DNA from: Candidatus Latescibacterota bacterium
GTDB lineage: Bacteria; Latescibacterota; UBA2968; GCA-2709665
Reading direction: 5' to 3'
Length of the DNA stretch: 64,000 nt
NCBI GenBank assembly: GCA_965205485.1
Contig: OZ242180.1
Coordinates: 448,001 to 512,000 of the forward strand
The notes beneath the pieces were generated by a model, which did no database searches, had not been told where the DNA came from, and saw only the letters and a list, made by a program, of their open reading frames with translations. Each line of letters opens with the position of its first letter. Position 1 is the stretch's first letter. Shown here piece by piece: positions 27,235 through 38,048 of this stretch. The position numbers and the translations under genes are program-made.

Positions 27235-28340
27235 AGCGAAGAGCCATAACTACACGGACACTCGAATCCGCGGGGCTTGTAATTGCGGCAACGGGAATGT
27301 GGGCCGGCTGCGACGGCGAACCACAGGTTGCCGAATCCATCCGCCCGGTAAAATATGCCGAAGTCCGTCCCGCCAGCGCCGTACAGGTCCAGCGTTTTGC
27401 CGGAACTGCGAAAGCGGGCATCGAAGCCCGGCTCAGCTTCAGAGCGGGCGGTCTCATTGAATCGATCGTCGTAAAGGTGGGCGACCGGGTCAAAGCGGGG
27501 CAGCGCATTGCCATGCTCGACAACCGGGATGCGGTCCTCGCCCATCAGCGGGCAAGGGCGGCGCTGGATAACGCCCGCGTGCAAAAAGCCAACGCTCAGT
27601 CCAGGCTCATACGCGTACGGCAACTCTACCAGGCCGACAATGTCTCACTCGCCGAGTACGAACAGGCCAAGAACGGCTTTGCCTCGGCCACTTCAAGTTA
27701 CGAATCGGCCCGGAAGAGTCTGGATTTGCAGGTGCGCCAACTTCGATTCAATGAGATATACGCTCCTGTCACCGGTATCGTCACCGCGATAAACAACGAG
27801 GTCAACGAAGTGATCCAGGCGGGTGCGCCCCTCGTGGAGATGAGCGCGGGCGAGGATATCGAAATGGTGGTCGGGGTCCCCGAGGGCTATATCGCCCGGA
27901 TCCAGGCAGGACAGCCGGTACGCGTGCGTTTTTCTGCGCTGCCGGGAGTCGATTTCGCCGCCCGGGTTCGCGAAATCGCCTACGCGCTCAGCGCCACAAG
28001 TACCTATCCGGTCATCGTCAGGCTCGACGCCCCTTCCGCCTCAATCCGCCCCGGCATGGCCGGCGAGGTGGAATTTCGTTTCGGCGCCGGGGAGCCGTCG
28101 GAGGACCCGCTCGTGGTGCCCGTACAAGCGGTAGGGGAAGATGCCGGCGGCCAATTTGCCTTTGTCATAGACGGGGTCGTCAATGGCGTGGGGACAGTTC
28201 GCCGGCGGCCAATCCGGATCGGCCAATTGCTGGCCGACGGTTTTGTCGTGGAAGCGGGCCTTGCCGACCGGGAGTTGGTCGCCACCGCGGGTCTCAGATC
28301 GCTCTTGAACGGAATGAAGGTGCGCCTCTTGCAGGAGTGA
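27231..28340 (+). CDS. RND efflux periplasmic adaptor (MFP), probable lipoprotein
   Basis: WAGC lipobox, LSFRAGGLIESIVVKVGDRVKAGQ, IYAPVTGIV, IRPGMAG. Confidence 0.93.
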   Translation: MKRRAITTRTLESAGLVIAATGMWAGCDGEPQVAESIRPVKYAEVRPASAVQVQRFAGTAKAGIEARLSFRAGGLIESIVVKVGDRVKAGQRIAMLDNRDAVLAHQRARAALDNARVQKANAQSRLIRVRQLYQADNVSLAEYEQAKNGFASATSSYESARKSLDLQVRQLRFNEIYAPVTGIVTAINNEVNEVIQAGAPLVEMSAGEDIEMVVGVPEGYIARIQAGQPVRVRFSALPGVDFAARVREIAYALSATSTYPVIVRLDAPSASIRPGMAGEVEFRFGAGEPSEDPLVVPVQAVGEDAGGQFAFVIDGVVNGVGTVRRRPIRIGQLLADGFVVEAGLADRELVATAGLRSLLNGMKVRLLQE

Positions 28341-28368
28341 GACGCGCCCTGCCTTGAGAGACGTCTCT

Positions 28369-31300
28369 ATGAACCTCACACAAATCGCCCTGGAGAATAA
28401 CCGCGTCACCATCGTGGTCTTGCTCGTCGTTGTGCTGTTGGGCTTGGTCGGCTATCAGACGATGCCGCGCGACAGTATGCCTCCCTACACGGTCCGCGTC
28501 GCATCGGTGGTGACTGGCTTTTCCGGCGCCGGTCCCGAGCGGGTCGAAGCTCTGATCACCAGCAGGATCGAAGAAGCCGCGCAAGAATTGCCCGAGCTGA
28601 AAACCGTCACGAGTGAATCGCGGACGGGGCTGTCAGTCGTTTCCGTAGAGCTCAAACAGGAAGTACCTCCGGACGAACTACAGGCCGCATGGGACCGATT
28701 GCGCCGCAAGATTGAGACCATCCGCCCGGACCTGCCCGAGAGCATCCGTGGCCCCGAGGTCAAGGACGATGGGGTCGGCGTGGTGTACGGCATTGTGATC
28801 GGTCTGACCGGGGATGGTTTCACCTTTGCTGAACTGGAGTCCTACGCAAAGGACCTGAGAGACGACCTGATAAAGCTGCCAGACGCTGCCGAGGTCAAGA
28901 TTGGCGGCATTCAGAAAGAACGGATCTACCTGAAATTCAACGACGCCCGGCTGGCCGATTTGGGCCTCTCGGCGCAAAAAATCAAGAACAGCATTGCCAG
29001 CACCAACATCGTTTTTTCCGGCGGCGAAGTCAGCCTGGAGGATGAACGCCTGGTACTCGAACCGACCGGCAGTTACGCCGACCTGGACGAACTGGGGAGG
29101 ACGTTGATTTCAGTAGGCAAGGGCGGGAGCGTGTACCTTGGCGATGTAACCCGCATCGTGCGGACCTACGAGACGCCCCGGCAACGCCTGGTCAAGATCA
29201 ACGGTCAGCCGGGGCTGTCGCTCTCGGTGGCGCTCAGCGACGGGGCCAACATCATCAAGTTGGGTGAGGAGATCGACCAGCTGGTAGCCCTCCACCAGGC
29301 GCGGCTGCCTCTGGGCATAACCCTCAACAGAGTGGCTTCCCAGGACTTTGAGGTAGAGAAATCGGTCGACAATTTCACCAACAATCTCTTGCAAAGCGTC
29401 GCCATCGTGCTGTTGTCCATGCTGGTCTTTTTAGGACTGCGCACTGGCCTGGTGGTAGCCAGCCTCATTCCCATGACCATTATCGCGACCCTTTTCGTCA
29501 TGGGGATACTCAATATTGGTCTCAATCAGGTGTCGCTGGCGGCGTTGATCATGGCGCTGGGCATGCTGGTGGATAATGCCATCGTGGTGTCCGAGGCGAT
29601 CGTGGTCAAGATGGAAAAAGGCACCGACGCCAAAGAGGCTGCCATTAAATCGGCTCGGGAACTGTCCGTACCGCTTTTGGTCTCTTCGCTGACCACTTCA
29701 GCCGCGTTCCTGTCCTTCTTTTTGGCCGCGTCCATCATGGGCGAGATGATGGGGCCGCTGTTCAGTGTGATTACCATAGCCCTGCTTTCTTCCTGGGTGC
29801 TCTCCCTGACCATGGTCACTTTGTTGGCGGTGTTTTTCATCCGGGTGAAACGTCAAGCATCCCAGTCCGGGCAAAGCACTTTTATCGATCGTCTCAACAG
29901 CCAGTATAAAGAACTGCTCCTCAAGGCCCTTGGTCGCCCCTATTCATTTATGGGGATCATCGCCGGTTTGTTTGTATTGTCGCTTTTCGGTTTTGGCTTA
30001 TTGCCGTTCATCTTCTTCCCCGACAGCGAGCGCAACTTATTGACGGTAAATCTGAATTTGCCATTGGGCACCAAGATTGAGACGACGACTGCCCGGGTGG
30101 AACAGCTCGAGTCGTATATTGCGGATAGTCTCTTGGTGAGCAAAAACCTCCAGCGCGGGGTAACGGACTGGGCGACCTTTGTCAGCGAGGGGCCGCCCTC
30201 ATACGATCAGGGTTATCAGCCGGGCGAAGCCAACTCCGGGTACGCTCATATGTTGCTCAATACCAGTTCGGGCGACGACAACCAATGGGTCATTGACCGT
30301 CTGGATGCCTTTTGCTTCCGCTCCTTTCCCGATGCCGAAATACGAGTTTCGCGGTTGGCGGGAGGCGGAGGCGGGAGTGACGTGGCCGTGCGAATAACAG
30401 GGCCGGATCCAAACGAGCTGTTCGGCCTCGCCGAGCGAATCAAGAAAAAAACAAACGAAATATCCGCTGCGCAGAATATCAGCGACAATTGGGGCCCCAA
30501 GATCAAGAAAGTCGTCGTTGACATTGACCAGTCCAGGACCCGGAACGCCGGCCTGACCAGCCAGGATATCGCCCTTTCGTTGCAGACCGCACTCACGGGG
30601 TTCAATACGGGAGCATTCCGCGAAGGCGATCAGAGTCTCCCCATAATCCTGCTCAACGAAAGCAGCCAGGATGTGGATGTGCGCCAACTGGAGAGCATTA
30701 ACATCTACGCACAGAGTTCCGGCGAAAACGTGCCGCTGGGACAGGTGGCCCAGATCGTACCTGTGTGGCAGCTCGCCAAGATCAAACGGCGCGACCTGTA
30801 CCGCACCCTGACCGTGACCTGCGACGCCAAGAGCGGTTTTACGGCGCAGGATATCACCGACGTACTCTTCCCGTGGCTCGAAGAAGCCAGCAAATCGTGG
30901 AAGCAGGGCTATCGCTACGAATTGGGCGGCGAGTCGGAACAGAGCACCGAGGCCATGAGCGCGGTGGTCGCCAAACTGCCTCTATCCGGCTTTATCATTC
31001 TCGCGCTGTTGATTGTCCAGTTCAACTCCTTCCGCAAGACCTTTATCGTGCTGAGTACCATTCCTCTTGGTCTGATCGGAGTCATTGCCGGATTGCTTAT
31101 CTTTCGCTCGTTCTTTGGTTTCTTCGCCTTTCTCGGATTGATTTCTCTGGCGGGTATCGTCATCAACAACGCAATCGTGCTCATTGATCGCATACAAATC
31201 GGACTGGACCGATCCGGGCGGGCGTCTGTCGAGGCAATAATCACCGCGGCTCAGCAACGGTTTCGCCCCATCCTGCTGACCACGTGTACGACGACGCTGG

Positions 31301-31443
31301 GCCTTGTCCCCCTCTATCTGGGCGGTGGGTTGATGTGGGAACCGATGGCGTTGGCTATCATGGCGGGCTTACTGTTTGCCACTGTGATCACCTTGTTGTT
31401 CGTGCCGGTGCTTTACAAGATTCTCTTTGCAGTCGAGAGCTGA
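28369..31443 (+). CDS. RND efflux permease (AcrB/AcrD/AcrF family)
   Basis: GAGPERVEALIT, GMLVDNAIVV, GIVINNAIVLID, RFRPILLT. Confidence 0.95.
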   Translation: MNLTQIALENNRVTIVVLLVVVLLGLVGYQTMPRDSMPPYTVRVASVVTGFSGAGPERVEALITSRIEEAAQELPELKTVTSESRTGLSVVSVELKQEVPPDELQAAWDRLRRKIETIRPDLPESIRGPEVKDDGVGVVYGIVIGLTGDGFTFAELESYAKDLRDDLIKLPDAAEVKIGGIQKERIYLKFNDARLADLGLSAQKIKNSIASTNIVFSGGEVSLEDERLVLEPTGSYADLDELGRTLISVGKGGSVYLGDVTRIVRTYETPRQRLVKINGQPGLSLSVALSDGANIIKLGEEIDQLVALHQARLPLGITLNRVASQDFEVEKSVDNFTNNLLQSVAIVLLSMLVFLGLRTGLVVASLIPMTIIATLFVMGILNIGLNQVSLAALIMALGMLVDNAIVVSEAIVVKMEKGTDAKEAAIKSARELSVPLLVSSLTTSAAFLSFFLAASIMGEMMGPLFSVITIALLSSWVLSLTMVTLLAVFFIRVKRQASQSGQSTFIDRLNSQYKELLLKALGRPYSFMGIIAGLFVLSLFGFGLLPFIFFPDSERNLLTVNLNLPLGTKIETTTARVEQLESYIADSLLVSKNLQRGVTDWATFVSEGPPSYDQGYQPGEANSGYAHMLLNTSSGDDNQWVIDRLDAFCFRSFPDAEIRVSRLAGGGGGSDVAVRITGPDPNELFGLAERIKKKTNEISAAQNISDNWGPKIKKVVVDIDQSRTRNAGLTSQDIALSLQTALTGFNTGAFREGDQSLPIILLNESSQDVDVRQLESINIYAQSSGENVPLGQVAQIVPVWQLAKIKRRDLYRTLTVTCDAKSGFTAQDITDVLFPWLEEASKSWKQGYRYELGGESEQSTEAMSAVVAKLPLSGFIILALLIVQFNSFRKTFIVLSTIPLGLIGVIAGLLIFRSFFGFFAFLGLISLAGIVINNAIVLIDRIQIGLDRSGRASVEAIITAAQQRFRPILLTTCTTTLGLVPLYLGGGLMWEPMALAIMAGLLFATVITLLFVPVLYKILFAVES

Positions 31444-31748
31444 AGTACGCGACCAATGCAGGGTTCTCTTACCGCGCCTGCCACCCTGTCCTCCCACTAT
31501 CCGCTCAGACCCTTAGACGGAATCCCAGGCAACGCCTCGCCATACACGAGATATCCGGATCTGATGTTCGGCCGTCTCGACATTCAGAGCTCTGCAGAGG
31601 GACGATCGAACGTGCTGCCTCTCAGGCGCCGCCACTTGCAAGTCGCGCAGAGATGATCCCATGCCGCAGTAGATCCTTCGTCGGCCCGGGGGACTCCTCT
31701 GGATGACAGCGGGAAGCACGTGTAGCGGCTGAGTCTTACGACCGATTC

Positions 31749-32627
31749 TCAGTCGATGCAACGACCCTTCTCCCGTGTTCTGTCCCAATGTTGACTTATA
31801 TACTTCGCGACGCCGTCCTCTTCATTGCTGTCGATGATCCCCGTGGCCCGTTCCTTGACGGCTGGAACGGCATTCGCCACCGCGAGGGCCTCGTCCGCCA
31901 ACCTGAACATCCCCAGGTCGTTTTTTTCGTCTCCAAAGACGACAAGACGACGGTCTTCCAGGCCCTTCAAGCGCTGAACGTATCGTATGCCGGCTTCTTT
32001 CGTGGCGCCAGCATCCAGAACGGTCAGCCAGTGCCAGCCCGGAGAAGGCAGATTCTCGAAACATTGGGTCTGGATCCGCCCGGCGAAAGGCTGGCTCATT
32101 TCATCGGCAAGTTTCTCCATTTCCGGGCCCGTTCCAATGACCCTCAGACAGACCACCTGCTCTTCCAGGCCGCGCTCCAGGTCGTCCAGATAGTGCATTC
32201 GCGGGTCCTGGTTGAGCTTCCTGTCTCTCACGTACCATGCCATGCCCCCATTGGTGATATCGCGGTAGTAACAGCGGTCGGCATTGCCGTCATACGTCGA
32301 GATGAAGGGCGCGTGGCCGGACCGAGCGATCAGTTGCCACAATCCGGGCAGTATATCGCGGTGCAGTTCGTGGACCACGTAGTGCCGACCGCCAGCCAGA
32401 TCGGAGACGAAGGCGCCGTTGACTTCAACGACCGGCAGACAAAGGCGCAGGCCAGCCAGCACGTGGCGCATGGAGGCGACACTGCGTGCGCTGGCCACAG
32501 TGAATAGCAGTCCCTGATCCAACAACGTGTTAAGGGTATCCCTGCTGTATCGAGATAGAGTCGTTTCGCTATCCAGAAGTGTGCCATCCAGATCGGAGAC
32601 GAAGAGGGAAGGATCGGGGTACATCAA
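31749..32627 (-). CDS. Cof-type HAD-IIB hydrolase
   Basis: SDLDGTLL, ASAR, NGAF, ATKEAG, FGDEKNDLGMF. Confidence 0.92.
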   Translation of the reverse strand: MMYPDPSLFVSDLDGTLLDSETTLSRYSRDTLNTLLDQGLLFTVASARSVASMRHVLAGLRLCLPVVEVNGAFVSDLAGGRHYVVHELHRDILPGLWQLIARSGHAPFISTYDGNADRCYYRDITNGGMAWYVRDRKLNQDPRMHYLDDLERGLEEQVVCLRVIGTGPEMEKLADEMSQPFAGRIQTQCFENLPSPGWHWLTVLDAGATKEAGIRYVQRLKGLEDRRLVVFGDEKNDLGMFRLADEALAVANAVPAVKERATGIIDSNEEDGVAKYISQHWDRTREKGRCID

Positions 32628-32873
32628 GTTTTGCCCTTGTTCCGCTGCCTGCTCATGTGTTTATATTTCTCTTGGAGATGCCGAGAATATACCGCTGAGC
32701 GGTGAAATCTACAATGTTCGGAACGGGCGATTCTTCCTGGCTGTAGCATGTGCCCAACCGGACAAACATCCGATCTCAGTCGAATACTCGGCAAGACTTG
32801 TCGAAATCCCAAACCATAGGGTATAACTGTGACCCTGAATTTTGGCGCTTCTCTAGAATCGGAGTCGACCGCA

Positions 32874-33347
32874 ATGCAGGGCTCTCGCTTTCGAAGTTTC
32901 CTGTTTCACTTGGCGAGTATCTATTGGAAGGTGTTTCGCCCGAAGACTTTCGGTGTAAAAGGAATTGTCCCACATCCGGATGACGATCGGCAGATCCTGT
33001 TGATCCGAAACGCATATGGGAACACAATGCTATGGAATCTTCCCGGCGGGGGCTATCGTCCGAAACGAGAGACGCCCGAACGCGCAATCGAGCGGGAGAT
33101 CAGAGAAGAGTTGTCGGTTACGCCATACAGCACGGAACGATCGGGGGAGTACCAGACTGACGCGGAGGGCAAACGTGACACGGTAACCATATTCCTCTGT
33201 CGAATACCTTCAGAAAACGTGGAAGGCGGCTCCGAGATTGCTGAAGTCAAGTGGGTCTCGGTGGACAAGCTCCATTCGCTTCGAAACATCTCGAAGGTGG
33301 CGCGTCACGGAATTGAGCTCTACAAACAACGACCAGATCTAAAATAG
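32874..33347 (+). CDS. NUDIX hydrolase
   Basis: Nudix box WNLPGGG...ETPERAIEREIREEL; RBS GGAG; upstream TTGTCG-18 bp-TATAAC at 32798-32827. Confidence 0.88.
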   Translation: MQGSRFRSFLFHLASIYWKVFRPKTFGVKGIVPHPDDDRQILLIRNAYGNTMLWNLPGGGYRPKRETPERAIEREIREELSVTPYSTERSGEYQTDAEGKRDTVTIFLCRIPSENVEGGSEIAEVKWVSVDKLHSLRNISKVARHGIELYKQRPDLK

Positions 33348-33512
33348 GTCTCCCGTTGTTACGGGTCTCGCAGTCAGGCGACCCAACTCCGGAATGGGTT
33401 CGCATTTATGTGGAGGGCACACGCGCCGGAGCGAAAGGTGACGCCACCGCAAATGCCCGAAGTCTTAGAGTAGCCCGAGAGCTTCATTCATACTGGAGAA
33501 TTGCAGGACATG

Positions 33513-33541
33513 AAAAAAGCCGGGGCTGTGATTGCCCCGGC
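33513..33541 (-). terminator. Rho-independent terminator
   Basis: GCCGGGGC-7 nt-GCCCCGGC followed by T6 on the minus strand. Confidence 0.75.
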
Positions 33542-33567
33542 CTCCAGGTTCGCGATTGGGTGTGACT

Positions 33568-33964
33568 TCAGTTCTCATTTCCATTCTTGAGAAAGGGCGG
33601 ATCTTCTTTGAATCCCTGTTCCCCTTTCTTCCTTTCTTCCGCGATGCAGGCGGCGTATTTTTCGTCACGTTCCCTTATCCCTTCCGTGCGCCCTTTTTCA
33701 AACCTGCGCCTGGCAAATGCCTCGTATGCAAATCCCATCGCGAGCCCACCGCCGTCCGCAAAGAAAAAAGCCGTGGTGATTGCGAAAGCAATGACAGATG
33801 TGAAATCTCCAACAAGTGCGAAAGATCACGACCATTCATATGGTCCGTAATATCGCAGGAACATCCCAACCGCAAACAGGACTATCGCCAGACTGAAGAA
33901 TCTGTCGCGATTCGCAGCAGATGAGGGATCTGTCAGAAACGCGGCTTGCGGTTGTTTCCGACAA
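33568..33964 (-). pseudogene. Disrupted small two-TM membrane protein gene
   Basis: Hand translation ..NRDRFFSLAIVLFAVGMFLRYYGPYEWS*SFALVGDFTSVIAFAITTAFFFADGGGLAMGFAYEAFARRRFEKGRTEG..; in-frame TGA at 33826-33828; probable frameshift near 33920. Confidence 0.5.
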
Positions 33965-33973
33965 TGGCCTTAC

Positions 33974-35362
33974 TCAATCGGCGGCGTACTGCTTGAGCTT
34001 TCTTTGTAGCGTTCGCAGGCTGATACCAAGTATCTCCGCGGCTTGGGTGCGGTTTCCGCCGGTATACTCGAGCGTATCCAGGATCAGTTTACGTTCGTGT
34101 TCTTCGAGTGTCCTTTGGCCGAATTCGCGATCGCTCTCAAGCGACAAACCTGAAGGGACAACGGAATTCGGCATGATTTCCGCAACGACGTCCACGGTGA
34201 TTTCAGATCTGCCGTCTGAGGCGCGAATAACAAGGCGCTCGGCTACATTCTTGAGTTCTCTGACGTTGCCAGGCCAGTCGTACTCGGCCATGAGTTCAAG
34301 GCAGTACTCCGGAATCTCTACGTGCGCCACTCCGTTCTGTTCTGCGAAGCGATCGGCGAACACCCTTACCAGAAGCGGTATATCCGCCTTTCTCGCCCTC
34401 AATGGCGGAACAACGATTGGAATAACATTGAGACGATAGAACAGATCTTCCCGGAATCGGCCGTCTCTGATCGCATCGGGAAGATTCGTATTGGACGCGG
34501 CCACAACCCGTACGTTGACATCCAATGCACGAATCGCGCCGAGACGGCGAACTCTTTGTTCTTCCAGCACTCGAAGGAGTTTCGTCTGTGCCTGCATCGA
34601 AAGATCACCAACCTCATCAAGAAAGAGCGTTCCGTTGTCCGCGGACTCGAAAAAACCCTGCCTGGTTCGCGTGGCCCCTGTAAACGAGCCCTTTTCGTGG
34701 CCGAAGAACATGCTTTCCACCAGGTCTCGCGGCAGCGCGGAGCAATTGACGGCTATAAAGGGGCCACTGCTTACGGGACTCAAAGAGTGAATAGCGCCCG
34801 CTACCAACTCTTTCCCCGTCCCGCTTTCACCTGTAATAAATACCGTGGACCGAAACGGCGCCGCGCGGCGTATCTGATCGTACACGGTCTGCATCGATCG
34901 GGAGACCCCGAGCAGTTCGCCGAATCCCGTCTCCTTCACGAAACTCGCAGATACGGGGGACAGCATTCGCTTGCGTTCGAGCGCATGGTCAACCGCGGCC
35001 CGGAGATCGTTTGCGTCGATCGGCCTTATCACAAAGTCGACCACACCCAAACCCATCGCAATGACCGCCTGCTTCACGGTCGAATATTCAGCAATAATCA
35101 CAACAGGTACGGGCGGCGTCATCGTAACCGCGGTCCGCAGCAACTCTCTTCCACCCGGCATTTGTATGGCGATTACAATTGCATCAGGAGTTTCGTCCCT
35201 GAGGAGGCGCTCAGCCGAAGTAGCCCTTGACGCCTCATGCACTATATATTGACCGGTGCCCCGGAGAATATCTGCCAAAGCCGCCAACTGATGAGGATTG
35301 GCATCCGTCACGCAAACCGTTCCATGCACCGGCTGCCCGATCGATTGTGGTCGTGTCGTCAT
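33974..35362 (-). CDS. Sigma54-dependent enhancer-binding protein (NtrC-like) with a degenerate receiver domain
   Basis: GESGTGKE, GSFTGA, LFLDEVGD, FREDLFYRLNV, WPGNVREL, Fis HTH; receiver reads DAIVIAIQMPG and FVIRP. Confidence 0.93.
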   Translation of the reverse strand: MTTRPQSIGQPVHGTVCVTDANPHQLAALADILRGTGQYIVHEASRATSAERLLRDETPDAIVIAIQMPGGRELLRTAVTMTPPVPVVIIAEYSTVKQAVIAMGLGVVDFVIRPIDANDLRAAVDHALERKRMLSPVSASFVKETGFGELLGVSRSMQTVYDQIRRAAPFRSTVFITGESGTGKELVAGAIHSLSPVSSGPFIAVNCSALPRDLVESMFFGHEKGSFTGATRTRQGFFESADNGTLFLDEVGDLSMQAQTKLLRVLEEQRVRRLGAIRALDVNVRVVAASNTNLPDAIRDGRFREDLFYRLNVIPIVVPPLRARKADIPLLVRVFADRFAEQNGVAHVEIPEYCLELMAEYDWPGNVRELKNVAERLVIRASDGRSEITVDVVAEIMPNSVVPSGLSLESDREFGQRTLEEHERKLILDTLEYTGGNRTQAAEILGISLRTLQRKLKQYAAD

Positions 35363-35422
35363 TACTGCTTCTTTCGCACGGATTCTCGTCTCGTGACAAA
35401 TCTCGGGCAATATGACAAATCG

Positions 35423-35453
35423 GCACAATTGCGACAAAATGTCGCAATTGTGC
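35423..35453. promoter_or_regulatory. 31-bp palindrome, probable bEBP upstream activating sequence
   Basis: GCACAATTGCGACA-AAA-TGTCGCAATTGTGC, about 125-155 bp upstream of the sigma54 promoter. Confidence 0.7.
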
Positions 35454-35576
35454 TTTCTCGTGTCAAGAAGATATGAGCGCATTCAAGGTCCAGTCACGCT
35501 GATTTCTGGCGTTACTTCCATACAATTACAATAAAACAGGTAGATTCAGGCAAGACGACTGCCACCTGGTCTGAGT

Positions 35577-35591
35577 TGGTATGATGTTTGC
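35577..35591 (+). promoter_or_regulatory. Sigma54 (-24/-12) promoter
   Basis: TGGTATGATGTTTGC = GG-N10-GC. Confidence 0.75.
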
Positions 35592-35730
35592 GTTAACCTG
35601 CGACAGATAGTCCACATCGCCCAACCGGCCATCAGGCTACGCGAATTCGTCTGTCCGGTCAAATCACAAGGATGGATTAAGCGAATCGTGCGATGTGGTT
35701 TCCCGAAGCCTTATGTCGGAGGAGTGCGCA

Positions 35731-37320
35731 ATGTCACATCTTGAGGGGCTGGTACAGTGGTGGGAGCGGATCTTCCTGTCTTTTGGCGGCGTTATCGTCC
35801 CGCTGGTCACGCTTGTGCTTGGATGGCTGGCGGCCTACGTACTGTCATTGGTCGTCCGGCGAATTCTGCACAAAACGCAGCTGGACGATAAATTCCTCCG
35901 ACTCGTAATGGGAGAAGAGGCTGCATCGGAGGTCCGGCCGGAACGATTCATCAGCAGGATCGTGTTTTACGTAGCGATGCTTCTTGTTCTGGTAGGCTTT
36001 TTCCAGATGTTGGGGATGACGGCGCTTACCGAGCCGCTAAACGCGATGTTGAACCAGATTTTCGCCTTTATGCCTAAATTGCTCAGCGCCGCCGTTCTGC
36101 TCTTTATCGCATGGGTAACGGCGAGCGTGATGCGGCGCGTGGTGAGAGGAATTATCGCTCGGGCTGATCTTGAGAAACGGCTTGCCGAACCTGCCGGTCT
36201 GGCGACACCTGACCAGAGCAATCTGCCGGAATTCATCGGCAACGCCGTCTACTGGCTTGTCTTCCTTGTCGTCCTTCCGGCGATCCTGGCCGCGCTGGAT
36301 CTTCAGGGTCTACTCCATCCCGTACGCGACATGGTGACTGAGGTCGCCATATATATGCCCAATGTGCTTGCAGCGGGCGTTATCCTCTTCTGCGGCTGGC
36401 TCGGGGCGCGTATCGTACAGCGCGTTGTCGTCAATCTGCTGGACGCATCGGGAGTAAATGATCTCGCTGACCGCGTCGGGCTCGGCCAGGGTGTTGGAAT
36501 CGGACTGCTTTCCCGTGTCGCGGGCAAGCTGTCCTTTGCCGGCGTCATTGTCCTCGCTGCGATTGCCGCCCTCGAGTCTCTGAACTTCAGTACGATTTCG
36601 GAGCCGGCCAGCGGGATGTTGACCAACCTGTTAGGGGCCGTGCCAGCCATTTTGTTTACAGGAGCGATCCTTCTCGTAGGATATCTCGTTGCGCGTTTCG
36701 TCTCGCGTTTAGTCGACGACGTGCTCAGGAACGTCGGCTTCAATTCTGTCGTACAGCGTCTGGGAATCGCGGAAGTCAGCGTCGCGGAAGACCGCACCCC
36801 GTCCGTAGCGGAAGCGACGTCCGGCGACCCCCCCGCGCCGACGCAACACCGCGCGACCTTTCTGCTGACGCGGCCACCATCGCAGGTCGTGGGATACCTT
36901 GCCATGGCGGCCATTCTGTTGTTTTCTGCGACGGAGGCCGCTTCGCAACTCGGGTTTGATGATCTCGCCGCAACACTGGTTAGATTGACGGTGCTTTTAG
37001 GTAATTTTGTGTTGGCCGCGCTGATAATCGGCTTCGGTCTCTACCTGGCCGCCGTCTTCAGTCAAATCGTAGCCCAACGTGGAGGCGTTTATGCCTCACT
37101 GCTGGCGAATATAATCCGTGCAGGAATCGTCTCGCTGTCAGTGTTTATGGGGCTCAAAGAAATGGGCATCGCGGATCAGATCATCAACCTGGCATTTGGA
37201 CTGATCCTGGGTTCGGCCGCCGTCGCCACGGCAATTGCTTTTGGAGTTGGCTGCCGAGACCTGGCCAGAAACCATATGGAGAACTGGTTGACGAGCATCA
37301 GGAAGAGTAGGGACGAATAA
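35731..37320 (+). CDS. Conserved TM-helix-repeat membrane protein (CmpX/MscS TM-repeat-like)
   Basis: Repeated P(K/N/A)LL.A..IL..GW..A units; C-terminal AFGLILGSAAVATAIAFGVGCRDLA; RBS GGAGGAG. Confidence 0.85.
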   Translation: MSHLEGLVQWWERIFLSFGGVIVPLVTLVLGWLAAYVLSLVVRRILHKTQLDDKFLRLVMGEEAASEVRPERFISRIVFYVAMLLVLVGFFQMLGMTALTEPLNAMLNQIFAFMPKLLSAAVLLFIAWVTASVMRRVVRGIIARADLEKRLAEPAGLATPDQSNLPEFIGNAVYWLVFLVVLPAILAALDLQGLLHPVRDMVTEVAIYMPNVLAAGVILFCGWLGARIVQRVVVNLLDASGVNDLADRVGLGQGVGIGLLSRVAGKLSFAGVIVLAAIAALESLNFSTISEPASGMLTNLLGAVPAILFTGAILLVGYLVARFVSRLVDDVLRNVGFNSVVQRLGIAEVSVAEDRTPSVAEATSGDPPAPTQHRATFLLTRPPSQVVGYLAMAAILLFSATEAASQLGFDDLAATLVRLTVLLGNFVLAALIIGFGLYLAAVFSQIVAQRGGVYASLLANIIRAGIVSLSVFMGLKEMGIADQIINLAFGLILGSAAVATAIAFGVGCRDLARNHMENWLTSIRKSRDE

Positions 37321-37967
37321 CGGCGGTAGCCGCGCGCCGTCGCGTTCCGAATACCCAAGCACCTGTGATCGGGCAGGTTTGGTCGAGTTTTGTTTTCTCG
37401 ATCGAGAACCGGGGCAAGTTAACTGTTGCGGAAATATACTCCAAAGTAATGAGCGGATGCCTTCTACCTGGAACTCAACCTGACTCTCGAGTACCGCCTG
37501 CGTTGGTGACGATTCTACTGAAAATCGGATATCTTGCGCAATCGAGCGGAGCCGCACCCGTATTCGACTCAACTGCCGACGACCGGGTGGCTCCGCTCAG
37601 TTTGTACTTGAGAGGCAGGAATCCAGGGCCGGTGTGGCGGAAACCGGGCGAGAACAGGTCGAAAGACTCGCCGACTTCCTGTCTGATTACTCGACTGACG
37701 GCAATTAAACGCAACATGCGAATTATCGATCCCAGGTTCAGATGACGGACTGCGGGATTTTTCATGCCACGATTCTATTTCATGCCGGGCGGTTCCGCGT
37801 GTCCAGTATTCCAATATGTCGGGTGCTAGTCAGCAGTGGGAACATTAATGCGGCTCGGACGACGATGCAGGCATGCGAGCGAACTGCCGTTGGACGTCGT
37901 TCCGTCCACACTTTCCGTTTACTCCACTGACCGGGTTCGTTTAATTTAAGATGTTACCCCGATTCGG

Positions 37968-37996
37968 TTGACAGACGTCATAACTTACGGTACTTT
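37968..37996 (+). promoter_or_regulatory. Sigma70 promoter of the cotransporter gene
   Basis: TTGACA-17 bp-TACTTT. Confidence 0.7.
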
Positions 37997-38048
37997 TTGC
38001 GTTTATGCGATTTTCTCAATCTCCATTCCAATTTCCACTTGAAAGGGA

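Noticed and set aside
37321..37960. ORFs in the 640-bp gap before the CCC gene
   Set aside because: No recognisable domains, RBS or repeat structure.
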